DNA of 64,000 bases from the NCBI GenBank assembly GCA_963666275.2, contig CAXXOA010000002.1, positions 576,001 through 640,000 of the forward strand, written 5' to 3'. Shown piece by piece: positions 29,459 to 39,800 of the stretch; position 1 is the first letter of the stretch; every line of letters starts with the position of its first letter. Source of the stretch: Oceanispirochaeta sp. Its GTDB lineage: Bacteria > Spirochaetota > Spirochaetia > DSM-2461. The notes beneath the pieces are model-generated. The model did not search any database and was not told the DNA's origin. It saw only the letters and a list, made by a program, of their open reading frames with translations. A program made the position numbers and the translations under genes.

Positions 29459-30385
29459 TTGAAACACATAATACTCTTCTTTTTCATCATTGCTTTCTCC
29501 TGCATGAATACGGCTTTTTTCATGGGACTGATCTACTACCTCAAAGATAAAATGATGTGGAAGTTCAAAGGACTTCTTTTTCTGGGCTATATCCTGTTTC
29601 TGTTTTTTCTCTCGGGCATGGGATTTTATATGACCGAGCTGGCCGGCATGGCCAATTCCATCCTCTATGACCTTTTCCGTGTGCTCTATGTTATCGGATA
29701 CTCCCTTCTTATCTACTATCTGCCAGCCACCATAAACTATCTTCTTAACCGTCCCTGGAAGAGGAACCGTCTGTTCTGGACGATTCTGGCCTCTTTTTCC
29801 TATTTCTGTGTTGGGATCGTCCTGATGCTCAAGGGGATCTCCCCCCTCTGGAATCTTCCTCTGGGGCTGTTTTTCTTTACTGCCCTTGTGTTTGTTCTGC
29901 TTGACGGATTACGGTCTCTTCCCCTGGTCCGTGACAACCGGGGCCGGTTTACGGTGACCCTGATTTATGCGGGAACCTTTATCTTTCTGCCTCTGCTGCT
30001 GATCGTCAGGATTATCAGCTCCAATTTTTCGTCGGATCTGGAAAAACACGCCCTCTACTTTCCTGTGCAGACATTCTACTTTTTCTGGCTGGCACTGGTT
30101 CTAATGCAGTTTCTGATCTTCCGTATCCTTGCTTCCGATTCTGTGCCTCTCCCTCTCACCGAGCGGCCCCTCTCTTTTTTTGAAGAGAAGGGTATTACCT
30201 CCCGGGAAAGAGACATTATTCTGTGTCTGGAGAAAGGGCTTACCTATAAAGAGATCGGGCAGGAACTGTTCATATCCTCTCACACTGTGAGCAATCATGT
30301 GGCCAGTATCTATAAAAAGATCGGAGTCCGATCCCGGGTGGAAATGCTGAATGCTCTCAGAGGAGCCTCTGAGAGTATTCTTTAG
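29459..30385 (+). CDS. Membrane-anchored LuxR-family HTH regulator
   Basis: Multiple TM helices plus ITSRERDI..GLTYKEIGQELFISSHTVSNH..IYKK. Confidence 0.85.
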   Translation: MKHIILFFFIIAFSCMNTAFFMGLIYYLKDKMMWKFKGLLFLGYILFLFFLSGMGFYMTELAGMANSILYDLFRVLYVIGYSLLIYYLPATINYLLNRPWKRNRLFWTILASFSYFCVGIVLMLKGISPLWNLPLGLFFFTALVFVLLDGLRSLPLVRDNRGRFTVTLIYAGTFIFLPLLLIVRIISSNFSSDLEKHALYFPVQTFYFFWLALVLMQFLIFRILASDSVPLPLTERPLSFFEEKGITSRERDIILCLEKGLTYKEIGQELFISSHTVSNHVASIYKKIGVRSRVEMLNALRGASESIL

Positions 30386-30393
30386 AATCCGGT

Positions 30394-32586
30394 TTAGAAA
30401 CCGGGGATTTTCAGTTTCTCCGCGGCTTTTTCAGCCTCTTCCTGAGCTCTTCTTTCTGCTTCGGCCTGCTGCCGGGCCGCTTCGGCTTCGGCTTCCGCTT
30501 TCAGTCTGTCCGCTTCCGCCTGCAGCCGGGCGGCTTCTTCCCGGGCCCGTCTTTCCGCTTCGGCTTTCAGACGGTCCGCTTCGGCCAGAATCGCATCGGT
30601 TTTATCTGTAAGAACTTTCTTCTGCGAGTCTACCAGGTCTTCAATGGCATCCATGGAACTCAGCTGATCCAGCGATTCCACTCCCAGCCTGTCCATGGTG
30701 CTGTTCAGAAGTTCGTTCTCTTCCAGATAGGGCTTCAGATATTCCGCCAGATACTCTCTGATCATCTCATCCACCTGATCTCCCAGACCTTTCAGATATT
30801 CTCCTATGCTGTCAGCCAGAATATTGTCCAGGTCAGTTTTTACCTTCACCTCTTCAATCCCTTTCCGTGATACCAGAATTTCCGCCTTGAGCGAGACTTC
30901 CTGAATGCCGCTCATGACCTCGGCGACAGCTTCCGCCAGGAATCCTTCGCTGTTTGACTGTCTGATTTCGAGAGAGCTGAGCTGTATGTCCAGCTCGGTC
31001 ATGATCCCTTCCGATTCAATCGAATAGGAGACGCCAGTAATATCTGCTTCGCTTTCCACGCTGTCTATCTGAATGGCAGGAACACCCTCTTTGAGTTCCA
31101 GGTGGTTGCCGGGAGACTGTATGTTCATTCTGAAGGCTTCTTCTGCCTCGGTTCTGGCGTCGAAATAACCTGCAAGCTGAAGGGAGGAGTTGTCTTTTTT
31201 CCAGTCCGCCGTAAACGTGGAGGGAGTATCCAGCTTGTCCGGATCATCGGTGAGGCTGAGAATCTCCGAGTTCAGAATTCCCGAGTCATCGGTTCCTCCG
31301 GAAAGACTGATCTGTCTGACCAGAACGGTCGGAAGATCCGGAGAAGGAAAGGGGATGACCCTGCCGCCCCGCTGTATTGCCTTCTCTTCTGTCTCTTCTG
31401 CTTTGGCTGAACGCATACTCTGGAATCTCTCATAGACCTCCAGGGCCTTCAAACCCTTTTCGTAATAGTCATTCCACCGGTTCCGTATATACTTTTCCGC
31501 GGTCTGGGAGGCAAGGGATCTGACATCTCCTCCTGAAAAATCCAGAAGGCTTTTCAGATAATCGATATCGCTTTCTATTGAGGACTGAATATCTCCGTAG
31601 AGCCCTACAATATGATCTTTTTCGTCCAGAAACTCCCGGCGCATGGTTTTCAGGCTGTCTGTTGTTTCTTCGATCCTGGGATAGAAGCTGTTGATCTGAT
31701 CCAGCATATCACGGCCTTCCTCCAGGGATCTGACCCCCTGGATATCAAGGGACTTCAGGGTTTCCACATCGTCCCGGAGAGCCTGGATTTCCTCTTTTTT
31801 CTTTACAAATCTCTGAGTCCATCTCTCCTGAAACTCCTCTACTTCTCTGTTCCCCTCATTGATGAGGTTCAGAGATTTCAGATTTTCCTTCTGTGAGTCC
31901 AGCAGGGCTTCATAGTCCATCTCTTCCGGAGTGAGTGCCAGGGTGTCCATCAGATCCCGGCTTCCCGAAGTATCACTGTCGGGTTCTGATCCCGGCTGAT
32001 CCTGAAGTTCTCCCGCGGGGATCTCTCTTTTGGTGTCCCACTGAAAATCCCTGAGGGATGTCTCTTCAATATGGACTCTTTTGCGGGTGAGCTCCGCCAT
32101 GTTGAGTCTGAAGGCGGCCGAACCTGTTTCGATCAGATTCCGGGACAGATCTTTTGAGTCTGCGATCTGGAGGGAGTCATAGGAAAAAATACCCTTCAGA
32201 AGGGATAACTGGGGATTTTCAATGGTGGATTCGGCCTGAAAAACCCTTTCCATTCCCATTTCAAGCAGAGATTTGAGGGCTTTGTCCTTGAAAAAAAGGT
32301 TGAAAACCAAAGCTCCGCCCACCAGAACCAGAAGGATTACAGCCTTCCATGTGGATACCATACCCTTATTCTTTTTGATTGATTTAGCGAGACCCTCCAG
32401 TTTTTTCCGGGTTTCCTCGGGAATGTCCACCCGGATCTGAAGTTTGCCTTTCTCGTCCGGCAGAAAGAGGGATTCCACCAGCTCTCTGTCTTTGGGAATG
32501 TGGATCCGTTTGAGGATCTTCTTCCTGAATTTCTTTGGAGAATATTTTTTTCTGAAGAGTTTGGGATTTTTTTTCTGTTTTTTCAT
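30394..32586 (-). CDS. TIGR03545-family protein
   Basis: TM anchor, coiled-coil middle, RGGRVIPF motif, adjacent to TIGR03546-like gene; C-terminal AEADRLKAEAE repeats. Confidence 0.7.
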   Translation of the reverse strand: MKKQKKNPKLFRKKYSPKKFRKKILKRIHIPKDRELVESLFLPDEKGKLQIRVDIPEETRKKLEGLAKSIKKNKGMVSTWKAVILLVLVGGALVFNLFFKDKALKSLLEMGMERVFQAESTIENPQLSLLKGIFSYDSLQIADSKDLSRNLIETGSAAFRLNMAELTRKRVHIEETSLRDFQWDTKREIPAGELQDQPGSEPDSDTSGSRDLMDTLALTPEEMDYEALLDSQKENLKSLNLINEGNREVEEFQERWTQRFVKKKEEIQALRDDVETLKSLDIQGVRSLEEGRDMLDQINSFYPRIEETTDSLKTMRREFLDEKDHIVGLYGDIQSSIESDIDYLKSLLDFSGGDVRSLASQTAEKYIRNRWNDYYEKGLKALEVYERFQSMRSAKAEETEEKAIQRGGRVIPFPSPDLPTVLVRQISLSGGTDDSGILNSEILSLTDDPDKLDTPSTFTADWKKDNSSLQLAGYFDARTEAEEAFRMNIQSPGNHLELKEGVPAIQIDSVESEADITGVSYSIESEGIMTELDIQLSSLEIRQSNSEGFLAEAVAEVMSGIQEVSLKAEILVSRKGIEEVKVKTDLDNILADSIGEYLKGLGDQVDEMIREYLAEYLKPYLEENELLNSTMDRLGVESLDQLSSMDAIEDLVDSQKKVLTDKTDAILAEADRLKAEAERRAREEAARLQAEADRLKAEAEAEAARQQAEAERRAQEEAEKAAEKLKIPGF

Positions 32587-32604
32587 TTCATCAGTTCCTT
32601 TGGA

Positions 32605-33129
32605 TCAGGCAAATGCAGAGGCTTTCCGAACAGCCTTCGTCAGTTTAGAAATAAGAGGGATCTTCTTGAGACTTTTGATCACCTTGTTTTCCGCCAGCCT
32701 GGGGGCAATGGTTTTTCGGTAGACTTTCACAAGCTGAAGAAAGAGAAAGAACACTGGTATCCAGAGAATGATGCCTGAAAGAAAACCACCCATGACAACA
32801 GTATTGTTGAAACTGCTGTAGGGGACGATCGGAGTGTTGTAGAGGCCTGTGAAAAAGTCCTGAAAAGAGGGGCTTTCCAGAACCCTGGATCCCAGTCTAT
32901 CCAGGAGGGAATCCGTTAAAGGGGTTACCAGGCGGAAGAGTCCCATACTCAGTAGCAGGGCCGCCAGGTTGTGTTTCAGGAGAAACGCCAGTATGAACAG
33001 GACTGTCCATAAAAGGTTTCCTCCTGGAATGAGAGCCAGCCAGAAGCCGAAGGCTATACCCGAGGCCAGTTCGGACGGTCTGGAGTTACTGTTCAGAGCA
33101 ACAACCAGTTTGGCTATAAATGAAATCAT
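32605..33129 (-). CDS. TIGR03546/DUF2062-family membrane protein
   Basis: LNSNSRPSELA, LDRLG, YNTP..FNNTVVMG. Confidence 0.8.
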   Translation of the reverse strand: MISFIAKLVVALNSNSRPSELASGIAFGFWLALIPGGNLLWTVLFILAFLLKHNLAALLLSMGLFRLVTPLTDSLLDRLGSRVLESPSFQDFFTGLYNTPIVPYSSFNNTVVMGGFLSGIILWIPVFFLFLQLVKVYRKTIAPRLAENKVIKSLKKIPLISKLTKAVRKASAFA

Positions 33130-33249
33130 GGATCCTCCAAAATCTTTATGGTGTTATAAGAAAAAAACTGGAATTACAGTAATGGTGGAAATACAATACT
33201 GATTAATATTATAGTATTCTTATTCATTATTACTAAGTATAGAAGTTAT

Positions 33250-35118
33250 TTGAGTAAAAAAAAGAGGAATCCTGTGTTAAAAAAGAGTGGTTGTGTATTA
33301 AGTTTGTGCATTTTTATTGTTCCCCAGATTCTTATGGCATTTGTTCTGAGATACCTGGGAATTTTTTCTATTGAGGAGTTCAGGATTCTGGTCTATTCCC
33401 CGGTTACATGGGGTATAGTTCTTATCGTTCCGGCTCTCTACTTCTATATTTTCCGAAAAATGGTTTCTTCCATCATACAGTGGAAAAAAGACCCCTCCTC
33501 TGTTTCGCTGGACAAAGTGAGTAAAGCCGTTGTTTCCGTACCGAAATATGTCCTTATCAGCGGAGCTGTCTATGGCATGATACTGCCTCAGGTTATCACC
33601 CTTCTTCATCCGGAGATCCCCATGAATGTAAGGCTGGATCTCTCTCTCATCGGTTATGCCAGTATTATGTTTTTCGGCATTCCCTTCTACATTCCTTTCA
33701 TTCGGCATTTCGAGATCTGGAGCGATGATGTTCCCTTCCGGAAGAATTTTATGTCCATGACCATTCCTGTGAGAACAAACCTTGTGGTTTTTTTCCTTTT
33801 CACTTCCATACTTCTGACTGTCAGGATGGGGATCAAATACCAGATGCTGAATGCAGTGTCCCTTGAGGATATACAGGCCTCACTGCAGGGAAAGCTTCTC
33901 CCTATGGAGCTCATCGGCGTTGCCATGGGTCTTTACAGTATTTCCATGCTGATGAAAGGGATCAACCACAGAATCCATCAGTGTCAGCAGTATACGGAAG
34001 TTCTTGCCTCTGGAGACTTCACAGGGCACAAAAGCCCCTGTATTTCCCGGGATGAGCTGGGGGATCTTTTTGAAAGTCTCAATATGGTGCTTCTCAATAA
34101 TGCGGAGCTTCTCCGCGGTCTGGATGATCCCGTCAAGAAGACTATGAATTCCAAGGATGCCGTTCTCAATGTCTCTATGGATACCTCTTCTTCCATTGAG
34201 CAGATTTCCCGGAATATTCAGAGTGTAAACAGCAGAATGGACGAACTGAACAGCCATGTGCAGAGCTCTCTGGAGTCGACCAATCATCTGAGTCAGAATA
34301 TTTCCCACCTGGGAAGCAGCGTGCTGGAGCAGAATGAAATGGTTGAGGACTCCTCCGGAGCGATCGAGGAGATCACAAGCTCCATCGACAGTCTGACGAA
34401 TGTGGCCCACGGAAAAATTCACAGTGCGGAGAAACTGACCCTTATTGCCGATGAGGGCAAGGAAAAGCTCGATAATACGGTAGAGAAGATCAACCGGATT
34501 AATGAAAACGTAGAGAACATCCGGGAGATCCTTTCTCTGATTCAGAATATTTCAGCCCGGACAAATCTGCTGGCTATGAATGCGGCCATTGAAGCCGCCC
34601 ATGCGGGAGATGCGGGGCGGGGTTTTGCCGTGGTGGCCGATGAGATCAGGAAACTGGCGGAGACATCCTCAAACAGCTCCAGGCAGATTAATGACAACAT
34701 CGGAAATATTATCGCTGTGATTCAGGAGACTTCCGAAGCCGGAGGGGAAGCCATACAGAGCTTCAATGAGATCACCACGGAAATCAGGGGAATGATAAAC
34801 TCCTTCCGTGAGATAAATTCCGGTCTGGGAGAGCTGAAGAACGGAAGCTCCCTCATTCTGGATTCTGTGACGAGTCTGAAAAATATATCTACCGATGTGA
34901 AAACCCGGTCGGACGATATGAACACAATGACAAGCAGCGTCAACAACTCCCTGGACAAGCTGCACGAGATCTTTATGGATACAACCAAAGCAGCTCAGGA
35001 GATGCATCAGGGGTCGGAAGATGTCAAAGTGGTGGTTGAGATGCTTAAAGGTCAGAGTCGGGTTCTGGATGAAGCTTCAAGCAAGATTGTAGAAGGTCTG
35101 GGGAAATTCCGCTTCTGA
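33250..35118 (+). CDS. Methyl-accepting chemotaxis protein
   Basis: TM helices, HAMP (RDELG), [34 protein letters not shown]. Confidence 0.93.
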   Translation: MSKKKRNPVLKKSGCVLSLCIFIVPQILMAFVLRYLGIFSIEEFRILVYSPVTWGIVLIVPALYFYIFRKMVSSIIQWKKDPSSVSLDKVSKAVVSVPKYVLISGAVYGMILPQVITLLHPEIPMNVRLDLSLIGYASIMFFGIPFYIPFIRHFEIWSDDVPFRKNFMSMTIPVRTNLVVFFLFTSILLTVRMGIKYQMLNAVSLEDIQASLQGKLLPMELIGVAMGLYSISMLMKGINHRIHQCQQYTEVLASGDFTGHKSPCISRDELGDLFESLNMVLLNNAELLRGLDDPVKKTMNSKDAVLNVSMDTSSSIEQISRNIQSVNSRMDELNSHVQSSLESTNHLSQNISHLGSSVLEQNEMVEDSSGAIEEITSSIDSLTNVAHGKIHSAEKLTLIADEGKEKLDNTVEKINRINENVENIREILSLIQNISARTNLLAMNAAIEAAHAGDAGRGFAVVADEIRKLAETSSNSSRQINDNIGNIIAVIQETSEAGGEAIQSFNEITTEIRGMINSFREINSGLGELKNGSSLILDSVTSLKNISTDVKTRSDDMNTMTSSVNNSLDKLHEIFMDTTKAAQEMHQGSEDVKVVVEMLKGQSRVLDEASSKIVEGLGKFRF

Positions 35119-35140
35119 GAGGTGAAAGAACAGGTATCTG

Positions 35141-35758
35141 TCACTGATAGATACCGTTCTTCAGAATAGAAATATAGAAGTCCCAGTTGTTCATGTAGTT
35201 ATCATGGATCGTCTGAATATCCTGATCCTTGCTGAGCTCCTCCATGAACTCCTGTCTGGTCTTCAGCAGAAGCCAGGAAAACAGGTCCAGTATCTTTTCT
35301 TTGGGGAAGTTCAGGCGGGATTCATCCACATCCCCGAAAATATCCAGGAACTGACTGGCAAAGTAGTTATGGATCTGCCGGGAAATTTCCTTTTCTGTTA
35401 TCTGTTGTGTTTTTGTGATCAGTGAGATGAAACCCGGATGGATCAGATAAAAATCGATGGCAAAGCTGGAGACAAGGAGAATCCTTTCCAGGATATCTTT
35501 CGGGAAGTTCTGATGGTCTGCCCTGATCCTCTCTTTGAGATAGTCATAAAGTTCGCTATAGGAGTGTTCCACAATAAAAAGGAACAGCTCCTTTTTACTG
35601 CTTATATATTCGTAGAGTCCTCCCTTGGATATGCCGGCTTTTTTGATGATCCTGTCGGTTGAACTCTTTTCATATCCCCAGGTACTGAATTCTTCTATAC
35701 AGGCCTGGATAATCTTTTCTCTTTTTTCAGGAGATATTCTGGCAAATGCCTTTTTCAT
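35141..35758 (-). CDS. TetR/AcrR family regulator
   Basis: GYEKSSTDRIIKKAGISKGGLYEY HTH. Confidence 0.9.
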   Translation of the reverse strand: MKKAFARISPEKREKIIQACIEEFSTWGYEKSSTDRIIKKAGISKGGLYEYISSKKELFLFIVEHSYSELYDYLKERIRADHQNFPKDILERILLVSSFAIDFYLIHPGFISLITKTQQITEKEISRQIHNYFASQFLDIFGDVDESRLNFPKEKILDLFSWLLLKTRQEFMEELSKDQDIQTIHDNYMNNWDFYISILKNGIYQ

Positions 35759-35801
35759 ATTAAGGATGTTAAAGGAAGTTCAGGAAAATGACAAACAGAT
35801 T

Positions 35802-35984
35802 TTACAGCAGCCCCTGGAGAGTCTCTCCATAGCAGCTGTCCTGCCGGGGTTCCTCCGAATTTTCCGGGGTTTCCCTTTTGCCTTTTCTGGTGATTCTGTT
35901 TTCAAGGCTGAAGGCAAAGGTTATAAGAAACGTTAAGAGGATCATGAGGAAGGCCAGAGTTATGAATATACCCGCATAGGTCAT
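35802..35984 (-). CDS. Small single-TM membrane protein
   Basis: GGAGG RBS 7 nt before ATG; hydrophobic N-terminus. Confidence 0.55.
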   Translation of the reverse strand: MTYAGIFITLAFLMILLTFLITFAFSLENRITRKGKRETPENSEEPRQDSCYGETLQGLL

Positions 35985-36110
35985 AGATGATCCTCCGAAT
36001 AGCCGCTGTCAAAAACGGTTTTAATAATTATCGGTCGTTTTTTTCAATTTGAGAAGCTTTTTTTTAAAGCCCCTCCGCATCCTTTCGGAATAAAGAGGGG
36101 CAGTATAAAA

Positions 36111-37700
36111 TCAGGCTATTCCCTTGAAGCTTTTCTCAACAAGTTCCGTATTTTCAACCCTGGTGATCAGGCTCACCGCGATTGTGAATACGATGGAAAC
36201 GGGAAGGCCCAGAACCATGGGGTCAACAGAAGGCCAGGCTCCTCCGAGAAGGGTTGTCCTTCCGAAGAGGGCTTCACAGAGTCCGAAGACAGCTGCTTCT
36301 GAACCATGAAGAAACAGGAAGCCGAAAACTGTCACTGAAAGGCCCGATATGATCCCCGCAATGGCTCCTTTCCTTGTGAGCCTTTTCCAGTAGAGGGAGG
36401 CAAAGTAGGGCGCCAGGAAGCTGGAGGCCATGAGGCCGAAGAAGATTGCCGTTGCCCTGGCTATGATGCCCGACCCCATTTTGATTCCCAGAAGGACAGT
36501 CAGAAGAATACTGAACACAATCCCGATCCGGGTGATCAGGATCTCTTTCTGTTTCTTCTCCTTTGTCACATGGCCGGAGGAGTAGAAATCTCTTCCGATG
36601 GAAGTTCCGATGGCATGGAACTGGGAGCTGAGAGTCGACATTCCTGCAGAGAGGATGACAAGCATGAAAAGGTAGCCGAACCAGGAAGGCATGGCATCGG
36701 CGATAATCAGGGGTATCAGTTTGTCCGAGTTCCCTTCGGCGGCCTGAATCGCCAGGATCCCGGCATTGTTATGGTAGTAGACATTGGAAAGGGCTCCCAC
36801 AATAAAGGAGGTTCCCACGGTCATCATGATAAAGACAGCCCCGATGATGATGGCTCTGTTGAGCTCCTTATCGGATTTTACTGTCATATAGCGGACAACC
36901 AGCTGAGGCTGAGCCAGAACGCCGATTCCCACACCCAGGACCAGGGAGGAGTAGATGATCCACCAGAGGTTGCTTCCCGCTGCGGGAGAACTGGTCCAGC
37001 CCTGATGGCCTATGGCTTTCAGCCCCTCGGGTACCAGATCTTTCATCTCTGTGAGAGCTCTATGGGCTGTGCCCACCCCGCCCAGTTTGGCATAGATAAA
37101 AATGAGGAGGAAAAACATACCGAAAAACATCAGGGTTCCCTGGAGCGCATCGGTATACATAACCCCTTTCAGGCCTCCCATAATAACGTAGCAGGCCACC
37201 AGAACGGAAAAGATGATGACAGAATACATATAGGGTATTCCCAGAAGTCCTTCCAGAATCCTCGAGGCGCCGATAAGCACCGCCGCAGCATAGAGGGGCA
37301 TGAAAACAAATATTATAAGCCCCATGAAACGCTGGATAAAAGGGGATCCCAGGCGCCTTCCCAGAAGTTCAGGAAAGGTATGGGCATTCAGGTTCAGCCC
37401 CATTTTACGGGTTCTTTTTCCGAAGAACATAAAGGCGATCAGTACGCCCACGCCAACATTGCAGACAGCCAGCCAGAGAAGACTCATCCCGAAAAGAGCG
37501 GCTACGCCGCCGAATCCCACGATGGCCGAGGTGGAGATAAAGGTAGCTCCATAGGACATGGCCATAACAAAGGGATGGGTTTTCCTTCCTCCCAGCATGT
37601 AGTCGGCCGAGTTCTTTGTCTGGGAGAATCCTCTGTATCCCAGATAGGCTACCACAGAGAGGTAGAGCACGATGATCACCACAAGGAAGTACAAATTCAT
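36111..37700 (-). CDS. Sodium:solute symporter family protein
   Basis: DYMLGGR, ATFISTSAIVGFGG, GGLKGVMYTD, AGMSTLSS. Confidence 0.92.
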   Translation of the reverse strand: MNLYFLVVIIVLYLSVVAYLGYRGFSQTKNSADYMLGGRKTHPFVMAMSYGATFISTSAIVGFGGVAALFGMSLLWLAVCNVGVGVLIAFMFFGKRTRKMGLNLNAHTFPELLGRRLGSPFIQRFMGLIIFVFMPLYAAAVLIGASRILEGLLGIPYMYSVIIFSVLVACYVIMGGLKGVMYTDALQGTLMFFGMFFLLIFIYAKLGGVGTAHRALTEMKDLVPEGLKAIGHQGWTSSPAAGSNLWWIIYSSLVLGVGIGVLAQPQLVVRYMTVKSDKELNRAIIIGAVFIMMTVGTSFIVGALSNVYYHNNAGILAIQAAEGNSDKLIPLIIADAMPSWFGYLFMLVILSAGMSTLSSQFHAIGTSIGRDFYSSGHVTKEKKQKEILITRIGIVFSILLTVLLGIKMGSGIIARATAIFFGLMASSFLAPYFASLYWKRLTRKGAIAGIISGLSVTVFGFLFLHGSEAAVFGLCEALFGRTTLLGGAWPSVDPMVLGLPVSIVFTIAVSLITRVENTELVEKSFKGIA

Positions 37701-37891
37701 GATACAACACCTCCGTCCACTTCTTCTTCCAATTCAATTTCTTCTTTCATCCACTGTTTTTCTGTTTCCAGTTCCTCTTCAGTGGCTTCACCTTTGTTCC
37801 AGTTGACTATACCGTAGATCGCTGACATCAGGGTTGAAAGAATCAGCAACAGAAAAGCCATGGCTACCGAAGGATCGGGTATCCCGAACAT
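37697..37891 (-). CDS. Symporter small accessory membrane protein
   Basis: MFGIPDP..YGIVNWN pattern; ATGA overlap with the symporter. Confidence 0.8.
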   Translation of the reverse strand: MFGIPDPSVAMAFLLLILSTLMSAIYGIVNWNKGEATEEELETEKQWMKEEIELEEEVDGGVVS

Positions 37892-37914
37892 AGAGCACTC
37901 CTCATTTTATAAAA

Positions 37915-37965
37915 CCGACTTGCAAGTCGGCAGCTGTTTTAGAAAAACCCGACCGGATGGTCGGG
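37915..37965. promoter_or_regulatory. Twin palindromes CCGAC-N6-GTCGG (putative operators)
   Basis: CCGACTTGCAAGTCGG (37915-37930) and CCGACCGGATGGTCGG (37949-37964). Confidence 0.55.
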
Positions 37966-38022
37966 GTAAGTCTTTAAACACAATAAAGGGAGTTTTAGAT
38001 TTTCGTCAACAAGAATTTCCTT

Positions 38023-38691
38023 TTAAAAACCAGTGGCGTGCCCGTAGGACTGGGAGTCCGGACCGGTGAGATTCATATAGTGGGTGGGCGGTTCGTAATA
38101 GGAGCTGCGGCTCATAATGCCGCGGGATATTGTGAAAGGATGTGTGGCCAGGGCTTTGAGGATCATCTCCCGGGAAAAATGATTGACGTTAAACAGGCAG
38201 ACCGAAACCATGCTTCTCCGGGGAACCACAGTATTAAGCTCTTCTTCAAAGGCTTCCATCTCTTCCAGGGGATGACTGCTGTCCAGCAGCCATGACATTT
38301 CTGTGACCATTCTCAGGTTCCTGTGATAATCCGCATGCTGTCTGGAGTAGAGGCCTTTCAGTGTACTGTCCAGACCGATAGTGGAAAAGGACCCTTCCGA
38401 GGAAAATATCTCATCGGCTCTGAGAATATTGATCCTGTCGGGATCCTGGATGTGAAGACGGAATTCGGGGCAGGACTTAACAAGATGCTTTTTGAAATCA
38501 TCCACCTGAGACCCGGAAATTCCGTATAGCAGATAATCGTCATCCTTCAGTCCGCGGCACATGAATCCGCTTAAGAAATGGTCCCGTTCCTCTTCGTTCT
38601 GGTAGAGGCAGGCTATATGGGACCCCCAGTGGCAGCGGGTATTTCTGTAGCCCAGCTTCATGGGCGTGAAGCCGCTGGTATCAGAACTCAT
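38023..38691 (-). CDS. Stand-alone MEDS domain protein
   Basis: GSHIACLY, LRMVTEMSW, SVCLF..F..LATHP. Confidence 0.8.
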   Translation of the reverse strand: MSSDTSGFTPMKLGYRNTRCHWGSHIACLYQNEEERDHFLSGFMCRGLKDDDYLLYGISGSQVDDFKKHLVKSCPEFRLHIQDPDRINILRADEIFSSEGSFSTIGLDSTLKGLYSRQHADYHRNLRMVTEMSWLLDSSHPLEEMEAFEEELNTVVPRRSMVSVCLFNVNHFSREMILKALATHPFTISRGIMSRSSYYEPPTHYMNLTGPDSQSYGHATGF

Positions 38692-38987
38692 TCTTTACCT
38701 CCTTAAAAGGTTTAGGGCCCGGAAAACAGCTCTCCCCCTGTTCTCAGGGAACAGTTTCTCCGGGTTTGGATATAAAAAAACAAACCTAATTTGATTTGTA
38801 AAAACACTGAAGATGGCATGGATTAGCAGATATGATGTTGCGGGTATCTTTAAATGTAATTGATGGGAGAAACTATTTCCTCTGTATTTAACAGGTTTTT
38901 CCCGAAAATCGGGATTGGTTCCTGATTAAATGTTTAGTATTTTGTATGATACGGACAATCTATCCCCAATTTAAATTAAGGATTCCT

Positions 38988-39800
38988 ATGGCTTTCGAGA
39001 CGATTACCTGTTACGGCAAAAACTGTGACCATCCTCCGGTTCCTGAAACCCCGGCTCTGGATATTCAGGGACTGACCTTTCAGTATCCCGGGACTCTCCA
39101 TCCTGCTGTTCAGGATGTTTCTGTTTCCATCCAGCCGGGAGAGAAAGTGGCTCTTGTCGGCCCCAACGGAGCGGGAAAGTCCACCTTCATGAAGCTTATT
39201 GTGGGACTGGAGAATATTCAGCAGGGCGTTGTCAGCGTTTACGGCAACAGGGCCCACTCCTGCAAGCACCGGGTTGCCATGGTTCCCCAGAGATCTTCCG
39301 TTGACTGGTCCTTTCCCGTTACGGTCAGGCAGGTTGTTGCCATGGGCCGGTATGTGCATCTGGGCTGGTTCAAACGCCTCCGGGCGAAGGATCACGAAAA
39401 AGTCCAGCAGGCTCTTGAGACCATGGAGATCGCCGATCTGGCCGACAGGCAGGTGGGAGACCTTTCGGGAGGACAGCAGCAGAGGGTTATGCTTGCCAGA
39501 ACCCTGGCCCATGATGCGGATCTGCTGTTGATGGACGAACCCCTGAACCATGTGGATATAGCCACGCAGGAACTGATTTTTCATGTGATAGAGAAGATCT
39601 GTAAAAAGGGCAAGAGCGTCCTGATCAGCTCCCACGATCTGGGGCTGCTGACGGTCCATTTCAACAGAGCCCTGTTTCTGGATCATAAACTGAAAGCCGA
39701 CGGACCGATCAAAGAGGTTCTGACGGCGGAGAATATAGCCAGTGCCTACGGGTTCCGGTTTCATCAGACAAAGGAGTTGGGTCCATGGTTGAATGGCTGA
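38988..39800 (+). CDS. Mn/Zn ABC transporter ATP-binding protein
   Basis: GPNGAGKST, VPQRSSVDWSFPVTV, LSGGQQQR, MDEP; start re-called at 38988. Confidence 0.9.
   Translation: MAFETITCYGKNCDHPPVPETPALDIQGLTFQYPGTLHPAVQDVSVSIQPGEKVALVGPNGAGKSTFMKLIVGLENIQQGVVSVYGNRAHSCKHRVAMVPQRSSVDWSFPVTVRQVVAMGRYVHLGWFKRLRAKDHEKVQQALETMEIADLADRQVGDLSGGQQQRVMLARTLAHDADLLLMDEPLNHVDIATQELIFHVIEKICKKGKSVLISSHDLGLLTVHFNRALFLDHKLKADGPIKEVLTAENIASAYGFRFHQTKELGPWLNG

Noticed and set aside
30440..30590. Short tandem DNA repeats
   Set aside because: Explained by AEADRLKAEAE coiled-coil repeats in the TIGR03545 C-terminus
38814..38828. sigma54-like TGGCATGGATTAGCA upstream of the metal ABC genes
   Set aside because: GG-to-GC spacing is 9 rather than the required 10
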